NCBI GenBank assembly: GCA_976226885.1 | Contig: OZ320315.1 | Coordinates: 50,406,001-50,470,000 of the forward strand | DNA: 64,000 nucleotides | Origin: Iphione sp. A-MEVVRFRX5 | Taxonomy: Eukaryota | Direction of reading: 5' to 3' | The notes under the pieces: generated by a model | Database searches by the model: none | What the model was told of the DNA's origin: nothing | What the model saw: the letters and a program-made list of their open reading frames with translations, nothing else | Made by a program: the position numbers and the translations under genes | Part shown: positions 50,411 through 63,200 of the stretch, one piece after another | Position numbering within the stretch: the stretch's first letter is position 1 | Layout of the letters: every line of letters begins with the position of its first letter

Positions 50411-53400
50411 TCTGGGTAATAGATAGATACTACACTGGGAGGATATGGATGAACAGCTCTAGTGTTTGCTGATTATCTACTTCCTGGTTAAATTTACAGT
50501 TGAAATGAAATGACATAAAAAAAACCTTTTCTAGGCAGCGAAGGTATGGATTTCTGAAATTGTTCATGTTGCTGCCCGAGCTTTCTTTGGAGGTTTAACT
50601 ATATCTATGAACACTGTTCATAGTACAAAACATAAATGTACGTGTCTAGTCATATATGGTCCCTCAGTATTGGCTAAGTTCGAAAAACAGCCTTAGTAAT
50701 TAAAAGCATTCTTTTGGAGGGGAAGAGGGAAGTCTACTAGAACCAGATCCGCTTGACATTATCCTCTCATATTTTGTTAACGTAGCAACACAATGAGCAG
50801 ACATCCTACCTAATACATACTACTAGAGATAGAAAAAAGACGGCTTGTTGTAATTAGAAAGCACTGTTGAATCTAAAGCAAATGTTTGATTAAAGCAGCA
50901 CCCACCTATGTACAAAAGTTACTTCGTCTGTTGCATTAAAACTAAACAATTGTCACTACGGAGAGGACTGGATACAAAGTATCTAATGTATAATGATTCG
51001 CAGTCTGTCTGCACCTTTCAATCACTGTGGCTTTTTATATTCCGAACTGTCTACGAAGCCGGCGCTGTACTTGGCGTGCCTAATTAAAGTGCTAATGAGT
51101 GACGATTTTCAGAATCATTCAATGTCTGGCGACAGAGGAAACTTTGAATATCGATATGCTTTGATATCCTTGGTTGTGTATGCGAGAAGGATTTCATTGT
51201 CAAGACGTCCATCCCAGCATACGTTCCTCAATTATGAAAACGTAACATTAAATAATTTTCAGTACTGCCTGTGGCTTAAAAAGCTATATTCAATTTTGCA
51301 CCTATTTCAATTATGCATATCGAACAGAGGCAAATCTTGCACGATTTCATTGTTTCGATATACATGTATATCTATTTTCTGCTAGCCCTTTGATAAACTA
51401 TTGCAGAGAACTTATTTTATTCAGATGACATTTTATGTGGAGCTCAAATACAATGTACGTATCCTACATGGGAAAAATCTTCACAAACAAAGATTTCATG
51501 TAGGTTCCTACTGAAGCTAGTTCTATTCCTCTTTTCATGAAGTACATACGCAGATATAATAACGAACATTTACAACGCATGGGGGAACTTGTATCTTTCC
51601 TGCAACACCCAGTGTAACAAGATGTATGTCTCCTGTGCGTAAGAGGTCTGACCTTCTCTTTGTCCAATTGAATTTTTGTCCTTTAGGAAGGTTATCATTG
51701 GTATTTCGTTCTCCTTCCTCTACTGAACACTTTCACCAAATATAAAGTATTGTTCATATTTCAACGAATAAGCCGCGCATTGAGTCGGACAGATATTCAT
51801 TCATTTTTGTATAGCAGTATAATTTAATAGATATAATATATTCAGCAGTGAAAACTGTCATCTATCATTAGCTGGGCTTTATCTTTATAAAATTCCCTTG
51901 TTGTGTTGAGACTTTTGGCTACAATTAAGAAGGTATAAGCTTATCTAGACGGAATGCATATACACGGAATCGTACGTCCACGTTTTAATCGTTCAAACTG
52001 ACGAATCCATTTCGGAATCGGGCGTCTCTCACGTAATAGTCATAACCAAATTTATAATCTTTAATTTAGACATAGTACTGCCGTTTACCTACATGCATTT
52101 GTCAACAGATCCATGGTAGGTCCATGTCCTTGCAACAGAGTTTGGAGGGAGACTGCTTAAGTCATGTCGCGGTGGCAGCATCTCCGGTTTCGTGTTTCCC
52201 ACTGTCTAGCCAATATGTCCGAGCAAGGAGAAAACACAGTGGGTGTCGATCCCAGTACGGTAAAAACGACTCTTGGCAGATTGAAATTGTATGCCGACTC
52301 TGATATATGTACATGTTTATCCGAAAACTGTATGTTATGTACCTTCTCTTCAGCACCGCATAATAGCATGAAGATACAAGTTATCGAATCATTCAAGCAA
52401 AATATTGTTGTTTAATTGCGTGATACAAAAACGGGTTTCACGAAACGGGATAGTTTCTGGCAAAGAATCTAAAGTAATGCACTTTGAACCGATATGATTA
52501 CGTTGTTACATACATTGATGTATTAGAAACAAAATCACAAAACTGCACCGTTTCTCATTTTTAATGATCTTTGACGGTCAGGCAGAAAATGTCATAGGAA
52601 TGTGGTTAAAAATACATAACTGTGAAAGCGTTTCAGATTCATACCATCTTTTCATAACCTGGCCGTAATACAAGATAGTATATCGAATCACACACTGCCT
52701 TGGCTATTGTAGATAGTTTTACACAATTTTAAGCTTATCTCAGTCTTGCAAAGTGTTTCCTAAAATGCTGACCGTACAGAACTAAAGAAATAGTTTCTCT
52801 AGTCTTTTCCTGCCTATTGGCAATGCCACTACTTACTAAAAGCTTAATATCTGAGTGTTTTTGTTTGTTAAAGGAAATCATTATATGGTGTGGTTTCACT
52901 GTTCATGTGTATCTGATTCATGTCTAATTGTCTTCGTGGTAATCAAGGTCGCATTTGATCTTCCTTGTGAGCCCTTCGACCTCTTTCCCTAATTGACGGA
53001 ATGAAACGAATTTAGCTGCATCGCTACATTTGAAAAAACGTAAAAAATAATTCTTCATCGACCCATTCTAGTTGTTTGGTTTACCCCTTATTTTCTCTTT
53101 GCGTTTCTCCCTAGCATAATTCGCCACAGTGTTAAATAACCCTCTGCTCTGTCTCTGTTTGGGTGTCTCCCCCAATCTACCCACATCTCCTTTGGTACAG
53201 TTTATCAAACCTTTTTCTTTTTTGAAATATAATTTTAAACCAATCCAGTTTCCACAAGGATGGTATTATTGTCACTATTGCTGCATGTCAGGACTTGAAA
53301 GACAGTGCTAATATTCAAAACAGTCTCGGCAATAAGGTAACTATCACACTGCTCATGGCTGTTATTCTTCTATCTTTCGAAGGAACTTGCTGGTGTAATA

Positions 53401-55736
53401 ATGAGGAAAGTTGTTACTGACGTTTTTGTCAAAATCAGCTGCCTATATATTGCACTATTTTCTCTACTATATCAACAGTACTGATTAGACATAACAGGGC
53501 TTTGTCAATAATTCCTCCCAGTAACAACCTATGAGTTTTACTTTTCCTTTACAAGGCAAGTCTAGAGTAGACACGAGGACATTCTAGATCCTCACTCATA
53601 ATCCTGTCAGTAGATAAGCCATTTTCAGCCTGATTCAATAATTTATGGATATGACGCGATATTACGTCCTTTTCTTTTTAGGAAACTTACTGAAATAAAC
53701 AAGCTTGTATGGTGCTATAACATAATACTTTAAAACATATTACATTCTGCTCTGCCTCAATTTCACGAAAGCAGACAAATCTGTTTTATCACTGACTGTG
53801 TCGCAAAATGTTTGGTGCTTCTGTCCCACCGTTTCATTCAGCTGCTTGCCGCACCATCTTCATCGTCGCAACGTTGTATTTTTTCTTGACCTATTACAGG
53901 TACTTCTGTATCATAGGATGTGCTGAGTCAGCTGGAGCTCGATCTTGTTCTTGCTGTGCCTTCTTTGGTATTCTCTCTCAAGGTCTGATGATTTCTTTCT
54001 TTTTGGCATTTCTTCTATGCTTTCCATGGTGTTGCAGTGGGGATCCTAAGCATCCGTTCTCAATACATCAGCGCTTGTCCTAGGATCAGCTTAGAGATCT
54101 ACTGTCCTAGTCATTGTTTCGACAGCATCTATACTGGTGTCGGCCGCACCTCACATAAATAGGTAATTCTAGGCAGCACAGCACAGCTCCGTTCACAGTC
54201 TAAATGCCCTTTAAAGATTGGCATTGGCATTGGAGAATATAATCAGTAGCCGTCGTGTCATTACCGACCGCGACTTTGCTCTTCTTGTTTGCCATCACTA
54301 CATACAGGCATATGTAGCTAGATCCTTTATCTTGCATATTGAGTTGCCAACATACTTGCAGTGTCTTGATATTGCGCTGGTCCAAAACCTGTGACACGTC
54401 AGGAGCATCAAGAAGCCATGTGTTTCTACATACGTTTGTAATTTCTTTAGAAATATGACCTCGTAGCAGAAAAGTCTCGAGGGCTTATTGTTTCGAGTTA
54501 CTTTATGATGAGAAATACCTTGAAGACATAGATTAGAGTTTCAAATAGGATTTGTGGAGGAACTAACTGGAAAATATAGAATTGATAAACATCTACATGT
54601 GTATATGTTTTAAGCGCCGACTGCCACCTAGAGAATCACAAATTTCACCAAGTTATGTGACATATCACTAAAGATGAGTACCAGAACGTAGTCATTTGTC
54701 CAGTGGGGACACAAACATAGGATACAAGCGAGGACAGGTCAGACTGAGTGCTGTGCTGGTTTCCTTGGTGCCTTGGGGAGATATTCTGAATGCGAACATC
54801 GTAAACTAGAAGGCAACCAGCCATCTTGTAGCAGTGGGTTGAATCACATCCCCTATGTCTATCTATTCTATTTACCTACAGGGACTAACCTGGGACTGTA
54901 GATATAAAGGAGATACAATCACATATCCACATACCAGAGAATTATGGATTTACAATGTACCCCAAACCTACAAGTCTGCAAAGTTATTCAAAAACAGTGG
55001 TAGGAACATCATGGAACATCAGCAATCAGTCATTGTTTCAAAAGCAAAATAACACATCAAGACATATGATGGCTTCATAGAAGATGAGTACATATACTTA
55101 AAAATCTTTGGCCAGGAACACTGTATGCAAGATTTATTGTGAATGAGAAATTTCATCCGACTGTCAGAATCAAGCTAGGAATGTTTAGCTTTTTTGAGAA
55201 ATAGCGAGTAGGACAATATAAATGGTTTGTCCTGTCATCAGAATGCCATCTATCAATAAAGCTAGTTTGAAGGGGGAATTAAATTAGATTACCATGTCCT
55301 GTTATATGAAAAAGGTTTTGCATCAATGAAATATTCACGAAGGAAACACGGTTTTGAAAATAACCGAGTCTAGCACCTGATAGCAGCGCTATACACTTGC
55401 ATGGAATCTGAGACATTTTGTAAGCGGAATGTGTGAAAGTTTCACCCTAAGGACAGAGACTGTGATAATCAGGATGTGTCATTGAGGCCGTGTTTTTAAA
55501 CTTTCAATCGTCTGGCATTTTTCAGTTCTGGTCGTCCGCAAGCATTTGATTTCATCTTTCCTCTCGCTTGCACTCTGTACTGGTTTCCTAAAATCATCAA
55601 CCATGCAAGGAGTGTTTCCTTTCATGGCAGTGAAACTCTTAATGAAACCAAAGATATGTTCTAAGACAATTTCACTTTTGTGATTTACACTAATCTAGGT
55701 TTTAGACTCAGGTTTGATACAGAACTAGTCCAGTCA

Positions 55737-55767
55737 ATATATATATATATATACAAATATATATATA
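55737..55767. repeat. (TA)n microsatellite
   Basis: atatatatatatatacaaatatatatata. Confidence 0.85.
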
Positions 55768-55968
55768 CAAAGTTACCTCTGTTAACGAATCCTCTGAGAA
55801 CGAAACCTTTTTATAATGAAGTTACAATTTTCCATATAAAACATACTATTTCAGACCTCATCATACGAGATTTTTCCATTGTAATGTATCATACTCTCTT
55901 AACGGCGTTTCCGATAATGAAGTAATATCTATAAGTGGATCGATCTATTCCATCAGGAAGTATACCTG
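55768..55968. mobile_element. Possible highly decayed Tigger-like MITE
   Basis: TA|CAAAGTTACCTCTGTTAACGAA...CCTG|TA with repeated (ta)acgaa/taatgaag units; TIR only about 7/12. Confidence 0.3.
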
Positions 55969-56329
55969 TACATGTATATTTTTTGTACGTGTATATGCAG
56001 CGCATTTGTACAACAATGCTCTGCGGGTTTTGTTTGTACAATTTCTACTGGAGAAACCACATTACCGGATACACTCTAAACTAGATATTCTCTGAAGGGC
56101 TTCTTGATAATGGAAGTTGAAACAACCGGGTGAGTATCTGTCTCTCGCTGATTAATTGCTGACCTAAAGTTGCGGACTTGATGAATCAGACGCAGGTTAG
56201 GCAGGTGGAACAAGTGTGGGCTTGGCAGAGCTCGCCGGTCCACAGGCAGGTCCCACCAGCAGATCTGTAAAGAGGACGATAGCGCAGCATTCATGCCGAA
56301 AGGGAGTCGCCACAAAGAAGCGGCTATAG

Positions 56330-56945
56330 CTTGCTCAATAGCGATTGCAATTAGATGGAAAGGCAATCAAATAGCCTCCATTAGCAGATGATGGATCGGG
56401 GGAAAGTGGATGGGTATACTGCACGGATGATACACAGTGGGGGCACGCCGAGCTTTCGGAGATGTTTTATCAATAATATGACATAGCGTAGCCCCTATCT
56501 GGACACTGTTGTCCGTCGATATAGCCGTGACCGGCCTCCAAAACTCTGTCTACTGGGGCTAATCTCGATGGGCAATCAGGCCTAATCAATCAATTATCAC
56601 AGACAGACCCTGTGCAGTCTAGAGGTAGATCAGGCAAGAATGTGATCACGCTCCAGCCAGGACTTGCAGAATTCCTTAATTAGTATCACACCCTAAGGCC
56701 TTATCAGCCAGCCGATAACGCCACGGAGGGGACTTCCACTTTGCCGTTTTGGGTTCAGGCAATACCGCACAACGGTAGTTTTAAACTTTAATCCTAATGC
56801 AGATTAGGGCGATCCATCATCATGCCACCGATGGGCTGTTAATGATCGCAGTTTAATAAGACAAGCCCAGCCAAACTGAAGGTATTCACTTTGCACTGAA
56901 CGTCCTCTCACTTTGTAATGCGTTTCCAGCTGCATTAATTAAGAA
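56330..56945. promoter_or_regulatory. Enhancer-like cluster of homeodomain, PBX-HOX and GATA motifs
   Basis: TGATGGAT (56389), CTAATCAATCAATTATC, TTAATTAG, CTTATC, GATAAC, TAATCC, CTAATGCAGATTAG, ATTAATTAAG within about 600 bp. Confidence 0.4.
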
Positions 56946-59900
56946 ATTTCTTGTTCGCTTGAATGACACAAAACTGAAACACCGTTTTGATGAAAGGCAA
57001 ATGTATTCAATGGTAGAAACAAGGCGCGATAAAGCATTTTTGTATGAAATGAGGATCACAGTGGGTAGGTATTTTATGAAGAGTAAGTACCCCTCCTGAA
57101 CGTTTCATGTATAGCTCAGTGTCTCTTCCAGTTTGTACATTATCGCTTATTATGTCTCGAACCGAATTTAAATCTATGACATTAACTCATTGCAGTCAGT
57201 AAGATGTAAAGATGATCCTTTCCTTCTAGGGCAGCCAATTCAACTGAAAATAGATTCTCTCCCCGCCAAGATATAAGAAGTGAAGTCTTTGGGTTTCCCC
57301 TCGAGGTCTCTTTATTCTTGAAGCCACGGGCGTCTCGTCTAGCCCCCCCCCCCACCCCCCGCCCTACCGTCCGCGCTTACTCGCCTCCTCACAGGCGGTC
57401 ATGTATTGCGATTGAATTATGGCAGAAGGAGTTAGCCGACAGCAGGCTTCTTTATTCGCTCTTAGGACTGAGTAGAACCCTTAATTGAACGAATCGCCAA
57501 ATTGAATAAGGTTAATGAGCTATATTCCCACGTGGGGCCAATCTTGGAGCAGCTGCTGTTTCACCACAGTATTTTAATGTCATCTCCTCAAATAAGGATG
57601 GGGATAACCGTAAATCGCGAAGGATGCAGGATGAACCTAATAACAAATTATTATTTAAGTTTATGTCCCTGCTTTCCCCAGCTTTGAACATTTGGGGTTA
57701 CTTTGTTAAGGTAAGTGAAATGAGGATGTGCATCTTATGTTTTCGTAAAAAATCAAGTAAGTCAGGAGCGAAAGTAATAATGTCCCCCCCCGTACACTTT
57801 TTGACTCAGGAACACTTGGTACAATGTTTCATGAAACAAAAACATGGCGCAATATTGTTTTCGACGCTGTGCAGAACGTGACCATTACATTCTTGTCGGA
57901 GTTAAAACCAGTTTCCCAGAAGCGAATACATGTATTTTCTTCTGATTTGCTTCTTACGTATCTGGTGATGACGATGATATTAATAATGATCCAAAAGTAA
58001 TGGTTATTGTGTTTAATTCTATAGAGTAACAACCTTTTGTATCCAGGTCTCTATCTTAATCACGAGTGCATGCACGTCGACGTACTATACACAACCCGTG
58101 TTGCCTATCCGGGATAGATGGCATCTCATGATGAAACGCACGAATGGGCCTTGATTTGTGCTGTGTTCCTTCGCTGGCACGAGATCACGCATGACAGTGT
58201 TTGCGAGGCTATCCTGACAGGGTATTGTACATGACTGTAAGGAGCAGTACATATGTAACATTCCATAGCCAAACAGGTCAGCAAAGAGCCTTAGCGATAT
58301 TCCTTCATAAACGTAGCCGAGTGATGACTGGAGAAGTTCGGATCCATGAGGAGTGTACAACAAGGGCCTCGTCCCGCGGGAAAGGAGGAGGTGACCAAAA
58401 GATTTCAAAAATGGATTAAAAAAAATAGAGGGAAAATGAAGCATTCCCTAAAGGACGGGTTGTATGTCTGTCAAACTTTGGGGGTTTGAATAGAACAATT
58501 GTAGTAACATGCAGAAAGTTTGAAAAACACCTCTCCTTCGGTTCTGAAACCACAAAATTTCCCTTGCGGGCGCCCGTCTCACTTCTGGTAAAACGCGATT
58601 AGAGAAGTGATATCTTGGTCACACTTTAAATGTTTTTACGTTCAAAGAATGTTTTGTTCGCAGGAGAATAGGAACACACGAAACCATCACGAAAGTACAC
58701 ATTCGTGACTGTCCCTCGCGGAGGGAAAATTGCCATATTTACACCAATCTATAACTTGGAAATATTGGTGAACCATGTAACATGTCTACTTCAACCATTT
58801 TGAAGCCAATTTTGAGTCCAACCAGAAATTTCTTTTTTCCTGTCACGAAGCAATTAAACAGATGCACTCTGAAGGCAGGCTCGGCAGTAAAAAGATGCCA
58901 CTGGCACGATATCCATGGCCGTACCCAGAAAGCGGCGCAAAAAATTATCTCCGAAAGCTGTTAGTTCGTGTGTGCGTGTTCTCATTTTGATTCTCGGGAG
59001 AAAATTGGATAAATATGTAAATGCATGTTGGAATTTGTACGTAAGGATATGTGCGTGTGCGGGGAGGTGCACGCATATTTGCTGAGCTTTTGTACTTGGC
59101 GCCGATACGCCACAGCGGGGTTGTGTGATTACTTGGTCCGCACATTCGGGGCCCTGCTCTAGGTGTTCAGGCCTACCGACAGACGGCCCGCAGGCAGCCT
59201 CTCTGGTATGAACAGTTTTAATAGCTCCATGCATCACGGTCATCTGATTGATTGGTCTGACTAAGTGATTGATTGGCTTCGTCACTAATGGCTTTCACTT
59301 ACCTACTAAGTAACGCGACAACCCAGGCAGCAACCAAATTCACCGTCACCACAGAGAACAAGTTTTACTGTCCGACGACACAGCCGCAGGGCAAAGAGAA
59401 AAAAACGTATAACTTTTTCGCCTTCAAAAGAAATGACCAATAGCTAGTGTGGTGGATGCGGTCTTGACCGACATTCCTCACCGCTACTTGCAACGTATGG
59501 CTGCCAACGAAGACTGCCCTTTTGTGTTGAGTTCTGTATGAATAGGGTGATCGGATTTATAAGAAATGTTGGGATTGGTAACATTATAGAGATGGTAATA
59601 ATCGTTTCGGATAAAACAGAGGTGTATTATATATAATTATATCGTCTACTACATAATGTATAGATGCACAAGGTACTACATTTAAGATAGTTCCTCATTT
59701 CTAGTACTCATGGAACACACAAGGTGGCACCATGTTTCACGATTGAAGACAGATCAGCAGGAATCGATTCTTCCACATGCTACCAGTCTCCCGAACAGTA
59801 CAGAGTTTCTCAGTTATTCCACTTCTATAAATCTGGAACTGTTTTCATGTTATGTCAGGTTTAAAGGAAAGTAGAAAATCCGCATCGTTGTTAATCAATC

Positions 59901-62309
59901 GATAGCGTTAGCTGATTGTAGGATACATCAAAGTTTGATTAAGATCATATTTCAATAACCTTAATACATATAAAAGTGATCAAGGTTATTTTCTCTTCGC
60001 TTCTTCTTTGCTTCAAAAGATGAATCAGTTTATCGTTACCAGCATCAGGGCGAGGTTTGTCATTGCACTGCGCTTCCTTGGATCTTTTATGGGGGAACAC
60101 CGAGCCGAAAAATACACAGATCCTTATCCACCATCATCAGGTAGAAGCTTGTCGTTGTGGTGCTCCCGTCGACTGTCAAGTGAAAGACTCAAGGGAGGTA
60201 GATGAACAGATCTTTATCCGCCCCAGAATTTGTTAATGGCAGCTTTGCTGCTACACTGCCACATAAGTTTGCGTTCTGTGTCTATTCTCATCTATCGTCT
60301 TATTACTCCCTCAGTCTCTTCTCGAACAATTAATTTCCCAATCAATATGGGTTTCTTATCTTAATAGTAGATAGCCATTGAAGCGATACAAATTAGCCAT
60401 AGGATTCTTGTGCTCTCAGCAGTAGTTTTTTTTATAGCCCGTGCCAAATAGATTCTAGAGATATTTCCCTCTAAAGAATCACGTGGCTGGAGGCACGCAA
60501 CTAAAGACGTTTTCTTTAGAGGCACGAAGCGTGGTTGCGCATAGAGCAGAACGCTTCTGTATAATGGCAACATCACACCGTCAGCAAACAATATTGCCAG
60601 TCTTGTCTCTCCCCTCTAGCAAAATAAACTCACTGGCAGTGCCCCTCACTAACTACATTTATTCTTGCTATGCCACACCACCTTTTACAGATAAATTCCG
60701 TGCCTGTATTCACACTGTGAGCATGTCTCTCGATAACTGGTGCGTCTTTGACGTATGACGAGGCAATGCAGAAATTGCCATGAAGGTAGGAGATAAAAAT
60801 TTGTGTTGATTTAGACCACCGGAGGCCATCAGCGCGCATATAGCATGATCCCAAGGCTGTCGACATATCGATCGTTAGCAGTATCCAAAGTGTTGACTTA
60901 TCGCACTCAAACACTGCCTGGCAGTTCATTTGTAGTGCGGGTCTGAGGCACGTTTAGCTGGATTAAACACTAGAAAGTGGAGCTAAACATCAGGTTCCAT
61001 TTTATGGGGTTTTGTTATGGGGATGGCAGAGGGCAGTAACAGTGACTTTCCATATATTGTTTCGTGATTGCTTATACGTGTTTCCGCAGCGTTATGACAA
61101 CTCCTTGTCTCATTGTGATTGCCACCGCATTCTCCGCTAGCCGAGACGATTCGAACGGCATAGCTCGCATAATGAATGATTACCATAAAATGTTGATACA
61201 TGGCATTTTGACTCAACTAATAACGGGCACGCCACTTCGTCGTGCTACCTGAGCGCTGGCAACTGACAAAACTAACCCATAACCCCACACCCTCCCTTGG
61301 AGTCTCCTGATGCTAACCTGAACACCGCTGTCATTCCACAACACCGTAAAACGACAGGTGCCCCCAGAGGGCACACCCACCCTGACGGGCCCATTGACAG
61401 TGTCTTGAAGTTTAGGTTAATGGCCTTCTCCTTGACTTCCTCTTGACATTAAAAAGGCAAACCAACAGTCCCTCCCCCTGTCCTCAGATAATAAGGTTCC
61501 ATTATGCAAATAAGCCGTATCAAAATGATCTAGAAAATAGGCACCCCCGATTTTTATGCCTGCCCGGCCATTGATAAAACGGTCAGGACGGATCTCTATC
61601 TTTACTACTCTGCACAGCCAGAGGAAAAATATTGTTGAGGAAGTCAGATTGTCCTTACCTCGGAAGAAGATAACAGTTAAATGGAAGTGGGAGGAAATGG
61701 AGCAGAGACAGAGTCAGATAAACCGACCAATGCATGTGTTTATACTTTACACTGTCAATTATACATGTATGAGACCAAAACCATTTAAAACATTATCGAC
61801 CGTCACATCTTATGCAGATACTGAGAGCTTCATTTTTTTCCTCGACCAAGAGATTATAAGTTGAAAAAACACAATCTCCTTTGCCAACAGATGTGTTTCA
61901 ATTTCGCTTCCAATCATTATACATGTAATGCACACAGTCACCTGCATTGGCTTCGTACATCTCAGGAGCCATTCTGTTCCGTGTACATGTATTTGTATTG
62001 ATGATATTATCTTCGTGTTTATCTATAAACCATCTGGTTTGTTTTTGCTACGAACGCACATTTAAAGTACCCATCGTAGCTTTTCTGTTTGTAGCTCTTC
62101 GCTACATATGCATATAATACCGCAATTCAGCAGCATAAACGTTTGCTTTATGGTATCTGTTTCATACAATCTCCTTAGATATATTGTGCGATATGAAACA
62201 ATAATGTTCTAAGAGATACACACCTTCTTAACCACAGAAATGTCTGCCCCGTTTCAGTACAGGTACCTTGGTCAACCCACGGATATGAAGGCCCATTTCT
62301 AAAGCCAAC

Positions 62310-63200
62310 GTCCTTACTTCCGATGCAGTGTTACCTGCTCTTCTGACCTTCCGTATTAATTGCTTTTAACATCAGAATATCAGTCGTTTAGGTCTGCAGT
62401 GCGTAAACTATTGGGAAGAATCTTTGCAGTACTCCTATTAGCATCAACCTGTGAGAACCTTAAAATGTGTACTCGGTAAAAATGGTTCGTATCAGGCAAG
62501 TCGTCTAGTGAAGTAGGGAGAGGAAACAAGGTAGGGAAGGTAAGCTGACTAGGCACATCTGGAGGCAGACCCATCACCATCTTCAAAGGATGCATCACCT
62601 TTGTGGCCGAACTCATCGCACGACGGGACACCTATTTCCTGCACCATAATCAAGCCTTTTGGTCCGTGCGAGCTGCTCTTGACAGGGTTCCGTTGCATAC
62701 CCCTCAATCGGGCCAAGTGAGACAGCTGGTCAAATACACCTTCGGGCCCAAGATGTGTCCATGGGCAAAAGAGGCCAAGGCTTCTGACTTCGGACACAAT
62801 GTGCAGTACATCCAGGTCTGCAACCATAAGGCCAGGGCCATGTTTCCTCTGATGTGGTCGCTGCTTTTAAACCGGATCCTGGTCGCTGACATGGCAATCG
62901 CACTGGGTTGCTCCAAGTGCGCTTATCAAGCGCTCTGCCCTTTGGGTCCCTTTGATGTCTACTTGACGGAGAAAGCATCAACCCCCTTTCTTTAAAGATG
63001 ACTTTGCAGTCCAAGTAACCCTATACATGGACGCTCTAAGAATGTGAGCGAATGGCCAAGCAAATAAAATCAGGGAAACAACCAACACAGCAGGATAATA
63101 AGCAATTCTTGGTATTGTATGATGCTTTTTTACTGTAGCGAGCCTCTTGAAGCAACTGAGCGAATTCTTCATCTGTTAAGACATTAGGAAAAGCTACAGA
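62310..63200 (-). pseudogene. Probable decayed Crypton-type tyrosine recombinase (DUF3504-like)
   Basis: Ordered motifs across three frames: LTDEEFAQLLQEARYSKK.SYNTK; KHGPGLMVADLDVL; VFDQLSHLARLRG; KILPNSLRTA; GRSEEQV. Assigned from remembered motifs only. Confidence 0.45.

Noticed and set aside
52214-52259. Candidate first coding exon MSEQGENTVGVDPST|gtaaaa
   Set aside because: Weak donor, no homology, and no partner exons found.
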